64,000 bases of DNA from Eledone cirrhosa (taxonomy: Eukaryota): assembly GCA_964016885.1 (NCBI GenBank), contig OZ024745.1, positions 76,694,001 to 76,758,000 of the forward strand. Reading direction: 5' to 3'. Shown here piece by piece: positions 1-13,289 of this stretch. Both the position numbers and the translations under genes were made by a program. Under the pieces are notes generated by a model. The model ran no database searches. It was not told the origin of the DNA and was given only the letters and a program-made list of their open reading frames with translations. Position 1 is the first letter of the stretch, and each line of letters opens with the position of its first letter.

Positions 1-324
1 TTTTAAATTTGACTCTTCCCTTTTTTATTATTCATCATCTATTTAGTTTTCTACCATTAGGCTATTGATATCTAACGCCGGCACAATCAATTGTGAGGGA
101 GGGCAATCATTGTTTAATTAGGTCCATGATAGGTACTTATTTTACCGATCGCTGCTGGAGGAAAAGTTTACATAAGCAGATTTTGAACTGAGGGCTTTAA
201 AACAGACCTAACAAAATACTAGAAGACATTACAGGCACCCTTTTGTACAATTAAAATATTGATTTAATTTGTATACTTTAGTGGCCAGTTTTTGTTTATT
301 TCGAAGTCAACAAATTGAATCAAT

Positions 325-720
325 GATTTCTAATTTAAGCACAAGGCCAGCAAGATTGTGCAAAGTTGATTAAATCAACCTCAGTACTTGACTGGTACTT
401 TTATATAATCAACCTCTGAAGGATGAAAGGCAAAGTTGACCACGGTGGGATTTGAACTTATACCACAAAAGCATTTCATTTGACGCTCTACCATTTTAGC
501 CAAACCAACACCCTCCCCAGAAGCAATAATAATGATTTCTACTATAGGCACAAGGCCAGCAATTTTTTTTTGGGGGGGGGAGGGGAAAGTAGATTAAATT
601 AATCCCAGTGCATTACTGTTGCTTTATTTTATCGACCTCGACAGGATTTGAACTCTGAACGCAAAGGTTGTTAACTCTATGTTGCAAAGCATGTTTTCCG
701 ACGTTCAACCGTTACAATAC
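325..720 (-). mobile_element. Two degenerate copies of tRNA-derived SINE family 1 (octopus-type)
   Basis: Both share the recurrent motif ggcacaaggccagcaa...ccagt..actggtactt..ttttatcgacc...ggatgaaaggcaaagttgacc...gatttgaact, found about 20 times in the window. Confidence 0.75.
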
Positions 721-1399
721 GTTTTATATGAAATAAACAACGTTACTGTTGATTTTTCAGTGAAAAATATATAGCTAATTAAATTTACTTCAAAGTTTTA
801 ATATACGTATTTATATAACATTGAAAGATGGAAAGGGAATATCGATTCCTGGCGAGATTAGAACTGCTATCAGTAAATGACTGAATTAGATAATATTAAA
901 AGACACTTGAGCTAGCTCTGTTTCTTCTGATTTGTGAATTTCCGATCTCTTCTTTTTAATGTGTGAATTTACACCAATCAGTTATTTGATGTGTGAATTT
1001 ACACCAATTAGTTATTTAAAACGTGTAAATTACCCAAAGAGATTATTGAAAGTAGAATTAAATTATGTTGAAACAATTTTATATGGACAACCCGTTATAT
1101 TCCTGTTAATCTTGATCTGTAGATTTCCTTCATGGGAATTCTATAATTTTAAACAATATGTTTACAGCTGTAAGCTTTTAACATCGCTATGTTCTTTAAT
1201 TCGCAAATAACATTATAGCATCTAATTAAATGTGAAGTACAGAAAACAGATTTTAGATCTTACATCTATCCAACAGTTTTCTGAGAAGAACTATACTTCC
1301 AACACCAGTTAGCAATATGCAGTTGAAATGCTTTTGCTTATTTTATTGTATAGTTAGAAGAACAGAGGCGTTAACTATAGCCGATTCCATCTCTAACAA

Positions 1400-1690
1400 T
1401 GTTGAGGTGGATATAGTTGGTATTTCACCTGAACGTCTGTAGGACGATGCCAGAATGGTAAATGTGGCCTCGACATCTATTCCAATGGGCTTCAGTGATG
1501 AGAAGGACGGGCTGAGTAAAGGTTTGTGAAGTGAAAATAGAATAAGTAAAGCAATGGAAGGAGAGTGGAGGACGTTGGGTGGACTCGAGTTGGGATGATA
1601 CAAGTAGCTCAGAGGAGCAAAAACTGTTGTAGTTATGGGAGATGAGAGAGTAAAAGAGAAAGAAATTAGTATGGAAGGAGTGGGAATGTG
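1400..1690 (-). mobile_element. Highly degenerate CR1/Jockey-like LINE 3' relic
   Basis: Minus-strand translation SLISHNYNSFCSSELL resembles the C-terminal 'YRYY.G.CSSEL' segment of CR1-group ORF2. Weak. Confidence 0.3.
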
Positions 1691-2373
1691 TGTGAGTGAG
1701 TGAGTGAGTGAGTGAGTGAGTGAGAGAGTACAAATCATATCGGTAGGTTAGGGAGAACAGTTCGTTTGGCACGTGAATGTTTACTTAACACGAAGCCTAA
1801 TTTCACAACAACCCTAAATACATATAAACATGACTCTGCATTTGCAGCACTAAACTAGTTTATATCACTGATAAAGTATCCTAGATGTTGAGGTGCTACT
1901 TTGGAAATATTAATGCGTGGCCATCAATAAAGGTCATCAGTTTTGTAAAGTTTGGTATCTTAGAATTTGGGAAAGTTTAAGTTGCGTGTTATTTCATGAA
2001 TAAAAAAGGTATATTTTCGGAGGCGTTCCCTTGATATGTATATTTATTGTTTATTGATACTATTTCTTTTTACTGTCTCCATTGGAGGGCGTTTTCAGGG
2101 TATCTGCTTATATAAGTGTAAACAGTATCTTTGTTGATAAAACCACAACTTGATTTGCTGTATGCGCTTCATAGCCACAACAAAATACCCCTGAGGCTTC
2201 CTTCTTGGCCCAACCTACATCATCCTGAAATCTTTATTCACACCAGGAACAGAGCATAATGGTGCTCTTGCTATCGTTAACAACCAATGTGAACGATAAC
2301 AAGAACCTACTTAGAGCCCTATATTGAATCTATACTCATCAAGCTATTAAATCTCTCTCTCTCTCTCTGTATT

Positions 2374-2404
<31 letters not shown>

Positions 2405-2589
2405 TCTAGGTTATATATGGAAATATAAAACACATTATCCAATTTGAAGAAGGTTAACAACTATGAACTACTAACCTATGGCTGTCAGTGTGAAGTACAC
2501 AGATTGCGAGTAGGCATGCCTACATGGTAATGGATATACTGTTGTGATGTGTGTTATCTATGTAGGTGTGTATTTGGTTAGATATGACA

Positions 2590-2800
2590 AAGATATAGTT
2601 TATGTCAAGAAGAAAGTATTTGGAAGACAGTAATGAATATTGCAGTAATACAGAGATATACAATTATAGTCAAAGAGAGCCTCGTTAGCACTTGTTGCGG
2701 TGGAATGTTCTGACAAGAAGTTTTCGATCAAAGCGATGGATGAAATATTTTTTCTGATATTAAGGACAACATCAAAGCTTTCCACAAGTGTCCCTAGAAT
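2590..2800 (-). mobile_element. Degenerate LINE reverse-transcriptase relic
   Basis: ESFDVV...IALIENFLSEHSTATSANEALFD resembles the RT segment 'KAFD.V...I..FL..RS..V..NG'. Confidence 0.35.
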
Positions 2801-3369
2801 TAGAGACCAATAATGTGTTTAAGTATGATACAGTTGGCTCTATGAAAACCACACTACTGTTCAGTGAAGAGGAACACATTTTTCAAGTTGTAAATACAAT
2901 GTGATAGGTCAGTAGTTGGAAGATCCAGAGGGGGTGCCGTATTTGAAGTTGGGAGAAAATATTTTGTGCGTCAATAAATCTCCATAGAATGAGCGATTGA
3001 CACTGAATAGCTTAGCGAGAACGTAACCTCATTCGAAACATAATGTTCGTGCATGATCGCAACAACACCATCATGTTCTATCACTTTGAAGGTTTAGGTG
3101 ACAGGAGTAGATTTCCTGATGGGTAATTGTCTGCATGTCGAAATCAAATCATTATGATTGAAAAGATGTTTAGATGAGTTTTACTGTGTCTATGGACAGC
3201 AAAAGAAGTGAGCTTTTCGACAAGGATATCTTGATTGCGGAAGAGAAGAGATCAGTGAATTTTACAATTTGAAGAGAATCTGTAGGCAAAGGAACTGAGT
3301 TCCAGCTACAGATTGGAAAAAAGAATCAGTTATTTCTTCTTCTTCTGAAGAGGAGGAGGAAGAGGAAAC

Positions 3370-3760
3370 CTCGTTTTGGCTGCTTGTATTTGTGATCGTA
3401 TTCATTCGGTTATTACCCAAGATTCATGATCATAGGTAAGGGTTGGCACGAATACTATATTGAAGATAGCGAGTTTGGTTTTTACACCTATATCTCTTCT
3501 GATCATCGCATGCTGAAGCTGGTGCATTGCTGCATGAGATCCTGCAATTCCTTTAGTTTATCGCGGTTGGTCAGGAGTTGCTTATTCATACGACAGGAGC
3601 CTAATTATATCGCAATTAACCATTATATCTGGTGACTGCATCACTATCCCCGCCACTTGCGACCTGTTCTCTGGCGGAACCTCATAGGAACAAATTAGAT
3701 GAAGCATTAAAATAATTGGGATTAAACTTTTGCCATTGAAGGCACCATATTGTAATGTTA
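3370..3760 (-). mobile_element. Degenerate RTE-like LINE relic
   Basis: Shares gtattcattcg.t.attacccaagattc.tg with the relic near 39115-39150. Confidence 0.4.
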
Positions 3761-4441
3761 CAAGAAGAAGAAGAAGAAGAAGAAGAAGAAGAAGAAGAAT
3801 TTCAATGTACCATAGAAACGACAAAAGCTGAAAAGTTATTTCAGTCGAAAAGAAAACTGGAGCTTTCCAATGACAAAGCTTTTATTAAAATTTAATTGAA
3901 TATTATTGACACACTTTATATTAGAACTTATTTGAATGATGATCTGTAGGAATTTTTATATTTCGCTGACAAAATTCTTACATTTTTTTCTTATTCCTAA
4001 TAGGTTTTATTATTCAAAAAGACATATTCAGAATATGAAATGCACCGGATATTTTAACGATATGGTTATTACTGTACATACTTGTTCTGTTGTGTTTTTG
4101 TGTGCTTCATTCTTCACCATGTTATATATGTACATGACAGTCTAAAAAACAGTACTTGTCAGTAACAATTTTTTCAGAAGATAAACATCCATTGTATATA
4201 TGCCTGTATGTATATAATATATATAATGTATGTATGTATGAATGTATGTATGTACGTAGTATGTACGCATGTATGCATGCAGGCATGCATGTATGTATGT
4301 ATTGTTTTTCCTGCTAAGTTACTACGTATCCTTTATGTAAGTTCAAAATAAGTATTCTGCAAACAAGCTAGCTGAGGGTCTTCGAAGAAATATGTCCAGT
4401 ATGGGAATCAAATTATTTTATAACAACAATCGTATCATCAA

Positions 4442-4443
<2 letters not shown>

Positions 4444-4472
<29 letters not shown>

Positions 4473-4533
4473 TGTATGTATGTATGTATGTATGTATGTA
4501 TGTATGTATGTATGTATGTATGTATGTATGTAT
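4444..4533. repeat. (TATG)n microsatellite
   Basis: Directly visible perfect tetranucleotide run. Confidence 0.95.
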
Positions 4534-4680
4534 GTTCTTCTGGTTTTATAATTTCACAAATTTTTGCCAACACAGAGAGAGTCGGTTTCTAATATAGATA
4601 CAATACTCTTTCATTGGAATTTACACATCAACTAAGTAGATATGTATGCATGCATGCATGTGTGTGCAGGTATGGATGTT

Positions 4681-4724
<44 letters not shown>

Positions 4725-4826
4725 CGCATACATAAACTTACATACCCGCACGTTCGTGTGTTATCTATTTCGAACTGTAATTCTACTGTGAAGTTTCAAT
4801 TTTGATTCGAGGTCGGCGGAATTGAA

Positions 4827-6174
4827 TTAGTTTCGATTTGCTCGGCAATAAATTGAGAATACATATCGATCATGGCGGACAGTCGGTTGAGCTTGGTTGC
4901 CATTTGGAACATATTCATAAATATTGAGCTGAGCTTCGGCTAATGTTGTTTTTATTCGGGGATCCTCTTCAGAAATTAAAACACCATCATTGTTCTCCAA
5001 ACGGATTTTATGGCCAGCATTGTCGACGAGATAAATGTCACACAAATTACCATATTCATCAGCAGCATTTAGAAAGAAACGACTAACAGGGGCTCGCCTT
5101 ACTGCAAGGTAGACCTGGGAGTGACTGGTAGCCAACCGTGTATCAATGAACGCGTTTTCCCTATAGAGCCACAGATCACCATCATTACTCGTCGTTTGGA
5201 TATTAACCCTTTCAACTGGTTTGCAACAACCGGCCGGACGCCCACACATATCTGATGGATTACTTGTGTATTTATCCTGGTGTATTAACATTGCGCTTTC
5301 TCTGTAGATATCCATGGATTTATCAGCAACCTGCTGCCTAACAGGAAAGTTGCCTATATCACACTCATTTTCAAGACGTTCGTGGATGACTTCAACTGCG
5401 AAGAAAGAGAACTGATCAATGTCACACACTTTGTTGATACAGTAGTTGTTCTGCATGGAAGACAATATGTCACATGAATTAGCATCATTTGTCATTGATA
5501 TACAGGTGTTATTGACACATTGATAATATGGAGACTGACAAGGGTTCTGAAGACCACATTCAAGCTGGGCGTCTTCGTAATCAACAAGATTCATGTAGAC
5601 AACGGACTCTGCCACAGATTCTGCATTGGACATTCCTTCAATTAAACCAATCGGTGCGTTTGCTTCAAATGCAGTGCCTTGTATTTCAGAGTGGGTCATG
5701 GGGTAATCCGTTACGATATTAATACCATCTCTTAATTGTTTTTCTTGAAAACGTTGCCAAATATAATCAACATAGCCATGAATCAGTAAAAATGCTGGAT
5801 CAAAAGAAGCCCATGCTTGGATAGAAATCGTGCCCCCAATCCAGTCATGGATATTATTATGGTAGATTTCGAAAACATAGCGGATATGCTCGGCTGTAAT
5901 TTGAGAAATTTGAGTTAATGTATCCTGTGTAAAAACTAAAGTGATATCTCTGAATACTGGAAGATGAGTAAAAATACCGTAACTTCTGAGTAAAGGACCA
6001 TAAGCAGTTGGAAAATCTGCGAATGCACCATCAGTCACCAATCCAGCCGAGTTACCCTGGAATGTTGAGCTCCAGATTATAGAGGTTCTTGGGTCTTCTA
6101 AAGCACTATCTCTGCCAACATCCCAATACGGTACAACAACAGATGGGATCATTTCACGAAGTGCTTCTTCCCAA
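4827..6174 (-). CDS. tyr: Tyrosinase-like protein, coding exon 3 (CuB site and Cys-rich C-terminal region)
   Basis: Acceptor ttctttttcag|T TGG GAA gives WEEALR...VPYWD. CuB motif FEIYHNNIHDWIGG...DPAFLLIHGYVDYIW. The spliced CDS is 384+113+1348=1845 nt, i.e. 614 aa plus stop. Confidence 0.93.
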
Positions 6175-6559
6175 CTGAAAAAGAAGAATAAGATATACAC
6201 ACGTCATTGAAGTACAATTGCTAATTATATTTATATTAACAATCCATGCTGCCAAGAAAATCGGCTTTGTTTAACCCTATATTTTTCTGACATTTGACTT
6301 GTTTTCCTTTTGGAATGATACATGTAATCTGTAATTTTTGTTTTCATTCTTATGAAGTTATATTGAAGATATTGAATGATTAATATTCGGTCCTTAGGTT
6401 ATCATTAACATTTTCTTTTAAGAATGTTAAGAATGTTAAGAATGTTAATTTCAAAACGTCTTGTTTAAACGTCTTGTCAAAACGTCTTGTCTAAACACAA
6501 CTCTGCATCAAACTGGAAGTATTATTACATACGTACTAACCCTTGTAGTCAATAAAGAA

Positions 6560-8290
6560 ATAATCATTACATACGTATTTTAGGTAAATTATGTATGTGT
6601 CTTTCTTCGGGGTTGCACATGCGGGACACGTTTCTCATCACCCGTACCAAATCCGCAATCAGTATGTTGATTTTGGTATGGTCCGAAACAGCCGAGTTTC
6701 GGTGGATCAGATGTTTGGAAGTCATGGGTTTGGCATAATGGGAATGGAGGATTTGTTTTTTGTTATTAATGGTATCTAACCAGAGCTCTGTGTCTAGTAC
6801 AGGTAATCGATGGTTGGGGTGTTTACTTGGGTAGTCTATAGTAACTCTAATACTCTGGTGGATGGAGTTAACTATTTGCTGGATGCTTTCCATTGTTTTT
6901 CTCTAGTTCCTGACTGTTCTCTAGTGGGGGTGTCTTAACTACGATGTTTATATCATCAACGTAGCGGGAGTACATTATCAGGGTTAAGGGGTCTTCTAAT
7001 TGTTCTTTAAGTTTAAGTTTAAGTCTACTGTCCCACCATACCATGAATAAGTTAGCTATGTCGCCTGCAATGCTAACACCAATGGCTGCTCCTTCCTCTT
7101 GGGCATATGTTTTTCCATTAAATTTGAACATATGTTCCTTAAGGGTTAGTTTTATGCTGGCCCCTACCGCATGTGCAATCATTTTCTTCAGTTCATCGTG
7201 GTTTTCGGGTGTTCGTATGGCTCTGGTCCAGCCGTTCCATCTATCTGTGTGGGTTTTCTTGGCCATTGAGGTAATGGTAGGGGGTCTGCCTCTTGCTGGT
7301 CTTGTAGGGCACAGGTTGCTAAGGTCATATGTGTCTAGGTAATTATTACTATAGGTAAGTTTAAGTAGGAGTCCCAGCTCACTGGTATCAATCCCACGGA
7401 ACTCAACATTGCTCTCACTGATCATTTCTACGCATTTCTCCACAGCAAAATCCACGTCAATAGATGGATACAGGGACACAACATCCATACTACCTATTAT
7501 GCAGTTTGTTAGGTCTCTAGATCGGTTACTCTCGCCGATTCTGCTGAGGAGGTCCTCCGTGCTGTCACATACATCTGGGGACATTTCAATGATGGGGCGT
7601 ATGATCAGGGAGAGGAAGTAGGACAGTCTGTAGTTACTAGCAATGTTAGCTCCACAGACTGGCCGTGTTGGTGGTCCCGTGACAGGGTCACTGGTCGCTT
7701 TATGGTCTTTTCGAAGCCCATACAACGCCGGCACGTCATTGTTCCAGGCCTGGAAGTTGTTGGCAGTCCTTTTGTTGGGCTGCATTATATTCGTCCACAT
7801 CACCATATGGGCATTGAGGGCTTTTTCTCTATCCTCATGCTCCTGTGGTGTTACCTCTCTTGTGTTAGTGATGTGGGGTTGCATTGCCTGGATGTAGTTT
7901 GGCAGGCTGTCAACCGACATTCTGCCAGACTTGTCTGTTGGAAAGCATGCTATCTCTCCATTACGCGAGCGCTGCATGAGCTTACGCAAGCCATTTGCAG
8001 ATTTTCTCCCAGTTGCTGGGCCTCCATTCTATTATGCTTCTTGCTATACTGTTCTATAATATTTCTAAGTTCGGATCTAGCTATACTAAATTGTGCTTCT
8101 GTTTGTTCATCGACCTGCGACGGCAATATATAAACAACTACCTGGTTGTGGAACCAACCAACCAACCAGAAATTTGTAAATTCCTAAATTTATAAATTTA
8201 TTATAATAAATTGAAGTGAAAGCAACTGGTGCGTGTGTTTCTTATTGGCAACATGACCCTCCCAAAGTACAACAATAAATATAAATTTGT
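6560..8290 (-). mobile_element. Penelope-like element fragment (RT, frameshifted, 3'-truncated) in tyrosinase intron 2
   Basis: ORFs 6868-7989 and 6567-6893 contain PLE RT motifs: TDKSG, LYGLRKDHK, PTRPV, SMDVVSLYPSI, QEEGAAIG, YSRYVDD, LPVLD. No GIY-YIG domain remains. Confidence 0.88.
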
Positions 8291-8343
8291 CTTTCTAACT
8301 CACAACTAATAGAGGGTGCTCATGGACTAGGAAATACTTCCAG

Positions 8344-8376
<33 letters not shown>

Positions 8377-8430
8377 GTAAAGGGTGCAATTGGATTGCGT
8401 TCACAGGCTGTATGCCAAGATGAGTACTCG

Positions 8431-8515
<85 letters not shown>

Positions 8516-8696
8516 TACATATATAAATTTCACGCTAGTGATCCATAGAGTCAATCAATTACTTCACTTTCCATAATAGATGATTTGCTTTATTGACTAG
8601 AGAGTAGAATGATCTTTGTGTTTATCCTCTACTCTATGACATCTGTCTGAAGCCGACGGCAAATATATATATATACCTTTACGAGAGCTTACTTAC

Positions 8697-8809
8697 ATCA
8701 TCATATATATTCTGTGCCAAGGTAGAAACGCAGGACCACCATGAGCTGAGTCGGTTACTTGACCGTTATGGAGGTCAGCAATAACTTCAAATTTATTAGG
8801 TAGAACAGT
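8697..8809 (-). CDS. tyr: Tyrosinase-like protein, coding exon 2 (CuA site)
   Basis: Not in the ORF track. Acceptor ccttttag| and donor AT|GTAAGT bound 113 nt translating TVLPNKFEVIADLHNGQVTDSAHGGPAFLPWHRIYMM, which carries the three CuA histidines. Phases (0 in, 2 out) join correctly to both flanking exons. Confidence 0.92.
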
Positions 8810-8994
8810 CTAAAAGGAACGACAGTTAACATTCATCGGTTAGTGTTTACAGAGTAAGAGGCAAGTTAATGTTATGTCTGAAATGTTATTTCCATTCTTG
8901 GTTAAAGTGACTTTTTTTTCAATCTCACCATTAATACCCATGAAAAATCATGAACATCACATCATCTTCTTCTCATTCAAAAATCCGTTAGCAT

Positions 8995-9049
<55 letters not shown>

Positions 9050-9934
9050 GGGAAAAATCGACAGTGTTCAGACCTGGAGAGAGATGGGCTCCACCATGTT
9101 ATAATGTCCTGGGCACTTCACCGCATGTCACAATAGTGCAGGTGCGACTCCAGCAAAAGTTAAAGGCTCACATATATGTATGTAATACCTCAATACAATT
9201 ACAGTGGTGAGTGTCATATAATTCGATTTTTCAATTCTTGATTGAAACCATTGCACATTATTTACGTTCAAATCCCGCCGAGATTGACTTTGCCTTTCAT
9301 CCTTACGGGGTCGATAAAATAAAGTACCAGTAATGCACTGGATAATTGCTGACCTTGTGCCTAAAGTAGAAACAATTATTTACGTCATAAAAGGGCGGTG
9401 AATTGGCAGAATCGGTAGAACGTCGGACACCCTGCTTCCGGAATTTGAAATCAGAACATAAAGGGGCGTAACTCTATGTCGCAAACCATGATGTCCGATG
9501 CTCTACCATGTAATTTGATTGTTTGTATTGTTGCGGTGAGGGCACGTATGCAATGTGTTGAGCCTCATATGTATATGTGTATGCGAGCGTTTGTTTGATT
9601 ATGTCTTTGCTATATTTTCTTTTCATTTATATTTTATTACTTGGTCAACGGTATTGAATTTAATATATAGTGGTGGCAACAGTGTGTGGATGACATTGAC
9701 GTGCGTCAATTGACATTTCATTTCTTTGGAGGTTTCTGATTTCCCTTGTGGTGATATCATTGTTAGTTTGTCTCTTTATCTTAATGCAAGTTATGTATTA
9801 TATATTCGATACTGTATATTTATTGTTTAAATACATTTTGTCGATTTTATATACATATACACACACATGTATGTATGTATGTATGTATGTATGTATGTAT
9901 GTATGTATGTATGTATGTATGTATGTATGTATGT

Positions 9935-10800
9935 TATCTCTTTCTCTTAATTTCGAGTATATTTTTTTGACCGGCCACCTTCCTGGTGGCAAGGTTGTAA
10001 AAGAAAAGAAATTGTCATCCCTTGAATCGCAAGAATGTTTTGCAAATTTTGAAGGTGCCAGCTATCGCAGCCATTTGTAGACTATGAATTAGGGAGCTGC
10101 GCTTTTTGTCCGCAAATCCAAGTTCAGTCATACTTTGGTTCAAGCGGGTTGGTATATAACCCATAGCTCCAATAATGATGGGTATGAAGCTAAAGGTGTA
10201 TCTTGGATACTGGATTTGTAAACTCCTCATCAATGGTCCGTAGATGTGCTCCTTCTCCTGTATTTTTCTGACAACGTTTACATCAAGTGGGCAGCTGATC
10301 TCCACAACAGAACACGTTTTCAATGTGTGGTCCCAAACAACAATATCAGGCCGGTTGTGTTTTAATTTGGTGGCAGTTTTTATTTTCAGGTTCCACCAGT
10401 ATTCCTTAGTGCCATCTGTCTCAATATATTCCTCCTCGTTTGTTGTTAATTTTGTTTTCCGAAGTGCGTTCCAGATGGTTCTAGCTATCCCATCGTGTCT
10501 CATGGGGAGGTAGTAGCGAGATGACATTCTTTCGCAGGTGGCAACAATGTGGCTTACATCCTCGATCTTTGTTTTACATAGCCTACATTTATTGTCAGCT
10601 GCTGTCCCTCCTCTTTTGTGCAGCAGATATTTGGTAGGGAATTCTTGTTCCTGTATTGCATAGAGATATCCCTGAAGGTGTGATGTCATAAACTTGTCGG
10701 AACTCCATGCCAGGCTTTTTGAGTGGTTTATCCCCTCTATGGTCTGTGTATTACGTCTCAAGTATCCATGCACAACTTTTTCTGTAAATTGGTCAATTGT
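9935..10800 (-). mobile_element. 5'-truncated RLE-type (R4/Dong-like) non-LTR retrotransposon in tyrosinase intron 1
   Basis: ORF 10015-10773 has the CCHC knuckle CRLC..HIVATC, then RHD and RPDIVV..VVEISCP (PD-(D/E)xK restriction-like endonuclease). A short 3'UTR with the hairpin gccacc-aggaa-ggtggc is followed by (CATA)n. Confidence 0.88.
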
Positions 10801-10819
10801 TTGTGTTTGTTTGTTTGTG

Positions 10820-10894
<75 letters not shown>

Positions 10895-11054
10895 TAATTC
10901 TATCTTACTCCGGTGAGTGGCAGGAGCTCAAAAGGGGCGAAATACAAAACCTCAATGGAATTTGACCTCCGGGTGTAAGGGGCCATAACGAAACACAGCA
11001 ATGCATTTTGTCTGATGTTCTAACGATTTCTGGTCATTCAGAATAAGCTGATAA

Positions 11055-11480
11055 ATAATGATTTCTAGTATAGGCACAAGGCCAGTAATTTTGGGGAAGG
11101 GAAAGTCGATTAAATCGACCCCAGTACGTTACTGGTGCTTTATTTTATCGACCTCGTAAGGATGAAAGGCAAAGTTAACCTCGGCGGGATTTAAACTCAG
11201 ACTGTAAATGGCCGTAACTCTATGTTGCAAAGCATAGTGCCCGACTCTCTACCGATACTGCAAATCCACCGCCCTTAAGCTGATAAATAATTGTTACTAC
11301 ATTTGGCACAAGGCCAGCAATTACCCAGTGCATTACTGGTACTTTATTTTATCGACCCCTTAAGGATGAAAGGCAAAGTTAACCTCAGCGGATTTGAACT
11401 CTGATCGTAAAGGGCCGTAACTCTATGCTGCAAAGCATGGCGTCCGACCCTCTACCGATACTTCCAATCCGCTGCCCTCT
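11055..11480 (-). mobile_element. Two tandem copies of SINE family 1
   Basis: On the minus strand the head carries A-box-like (tg/tt)gcagtatcgg and B-box-like gagttt/caaatcc motifs. The core is ctttgcctttcatccttacg.ggtcgataaaataaag and the tail is ggccttgtgcc. Confidence 0.85.
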
Positions 11481-12038
11481 TAAGCTGATAAATAATAAAA
11501 ACTATCACTATAGCACAAAAACCAAACCATGAATTCCTACTCGACTATTGATTCGTATAATAACTTACCTCTGAATATCCTAATCATTTATACCGCTTCG
11601 GCAAACTGATAATAGACTAATTCTTTTTATTGTTTCTTTCTTTTGTTTTGTTGTTTCAGTTAAAGAACCAGAAAAATTCTTCAACGCTCCAATACAAATT
11701 TCGACCATTGTCACGTTCTCCCGGCTATAAATGCTTTATTCGCTACCTTTGTCTCTTTATACATTGTAATTTTCTGTTATTTTGTAATGGAAATAAATGA
11801 ACTGAATTGAAATCCAGCATATTAAATCACTCACAAGCCAACATGGGATTCTTTATGTGGTCGCTCGATCAACTACAAATAGCAAATTTGCTTAAAATCT
11901 CACCGTATCATATTTTAAAAGAAAGTAAGAAGCCTCGAAATAATATTAGTTGGACTGAGGCAAACAATACCAACAACAATGTCTTGTCATGATTGGCAAG
12001 AAATAAAACGATAAAATTCGAAACTAAAATTTACTCAC

Positions 12039-12422
12039 AGTATCTTCTCTAAGCATCCAAATAGCGCGGTGGTAATTCTGCCTTTCTTCGGCAGTCAACA
12101 TTCTATATTCTTTACGAATTCTTTTTGAAGAAACATTTCGCGCCTCGGCTGTGAATCGATCAATCAACATGTTAATATATTCTCCTCTTCCCACCGTGGC
12201 CCAAAGATTAATTTTAGTTTCAGAGCTGTGAGCTTCATCAAACTTTTTCTTTAAGTAATATTTCAGACACAATGATAACCATTCTTGTTCAGTAAATTGT
12301 GCTTCGCTTATGTTTTTCTTCAAGCATGCTTCAAGTTCTTTGGAAGAACTAACAGATACCTCAGCTGAGATAATATTAAAAGTAATACCAAACAGCAGTA
12401 GGAATGCAGTATAGCATACCAT
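12039..12422 (-). CDS. tyr: Tyrosinase-like (type-3 copper) protein, coding exon 1 (signal peptide and pro-region)
   Basis: ATG at 12422 begins the hydrophobic signal MVCYTAFLLLFGITFNIISA. The tyrosinase N-terminal motif RIRKEYRMLTAEERQNYHRAI follows. The exon ends at a phase-0 donor ACT|GTGAGT (12039/12038). An upstream acceptor ttttatttttcag| at 12452 implies a 5'UTR exon further upstream. Confidence 0.88.
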
Positions 12423-13289
12423 TGTGTTGTTTATATAAATTCTGTTATCCCCTGAAAAATAAAAACAAAGTTTTATGAGTAATTTTGAGTAATTTTTTAA
12501 CATGTAGTTCGTGAGTTTGGGCACGTTTGTATGCCATTTGAGGTAGAGAAATCTGGCGTGTCAAGGCTATATTTCAGACCTGCCAATCTCGAAAAATCCA
12601 AACGAAGAGTACCATGAAATAAAGTACGCCAAAATAGGAAAAAATGGGGAGAGTTTACATAATGAAAGCTATACCGATTTTCACAAAAGAAGACATCTCG
12701 CATAGTGGGTGGGAGATCTCGTCGGACAGGGAGAGTTGACAGGTCTGATATTTTGTCTGAGAGAAAGAAATGTTTCAAACTAAGAAGGGATGCATAATAC
12801 CTGCATAGATAATCTCAGACGATCGAAGGTTTTCAATGCAGTATAATGAATATGTGAAAACCTACCGAACTTTTATTTAGTACACAGAAAGCTCTATAGA
12901 AGTATTCCCCTCAGTTGATATCACTAATCAGTCTCACAGCATTTTCTCTATTTCTATTTGTACTGATCGTTATTAATCTTGCCATACGAGTAGAATATGC
13001 TTCGCCGAGAGCGTCAAGTTAAAACAACATATGTCCTTGTTTCTATTGTATTAATAATACATAATATGCGTGCAGTACCTTATAGTACAATATTTTGTAT
13101 GCTGTATATCTTGGGGTTTGGTTGTGTATTCTGTCTGTGTGTTTTTTTATCATTTCCAGAACACCTATTATAGGTATTGTTTCCGGTTTCGTCATCAACA
13201 TTCAGGTTATTTCTATTTCCAGATCTTTATACTTGAATAATTTCTTCATTTCCTTGCTCTTTAGAGATAGATATGTCAATGATAAGACA

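Noticed and set aside
959-1017. 30-bp tandem duplication giving an 83-aa ORF
   Set aside because: This is a simple local duplication with no coding evidence.
4827-6200. Reading the 457-aa ORF as a complete gene or as hemocyanin
   Set aside because: Its N-terminus is an intron polypyrimidine tract and CuA is in a separate exon. It has a single copper unit with a signal peptide and no CxH thioether motif.
8390-8435. Possible hammerhead (aagatgagtactcgaaac) next to the Penelope fragment
   Set aside because: It has no CUGA core and no helix I or III, and it runs into (CA)n.
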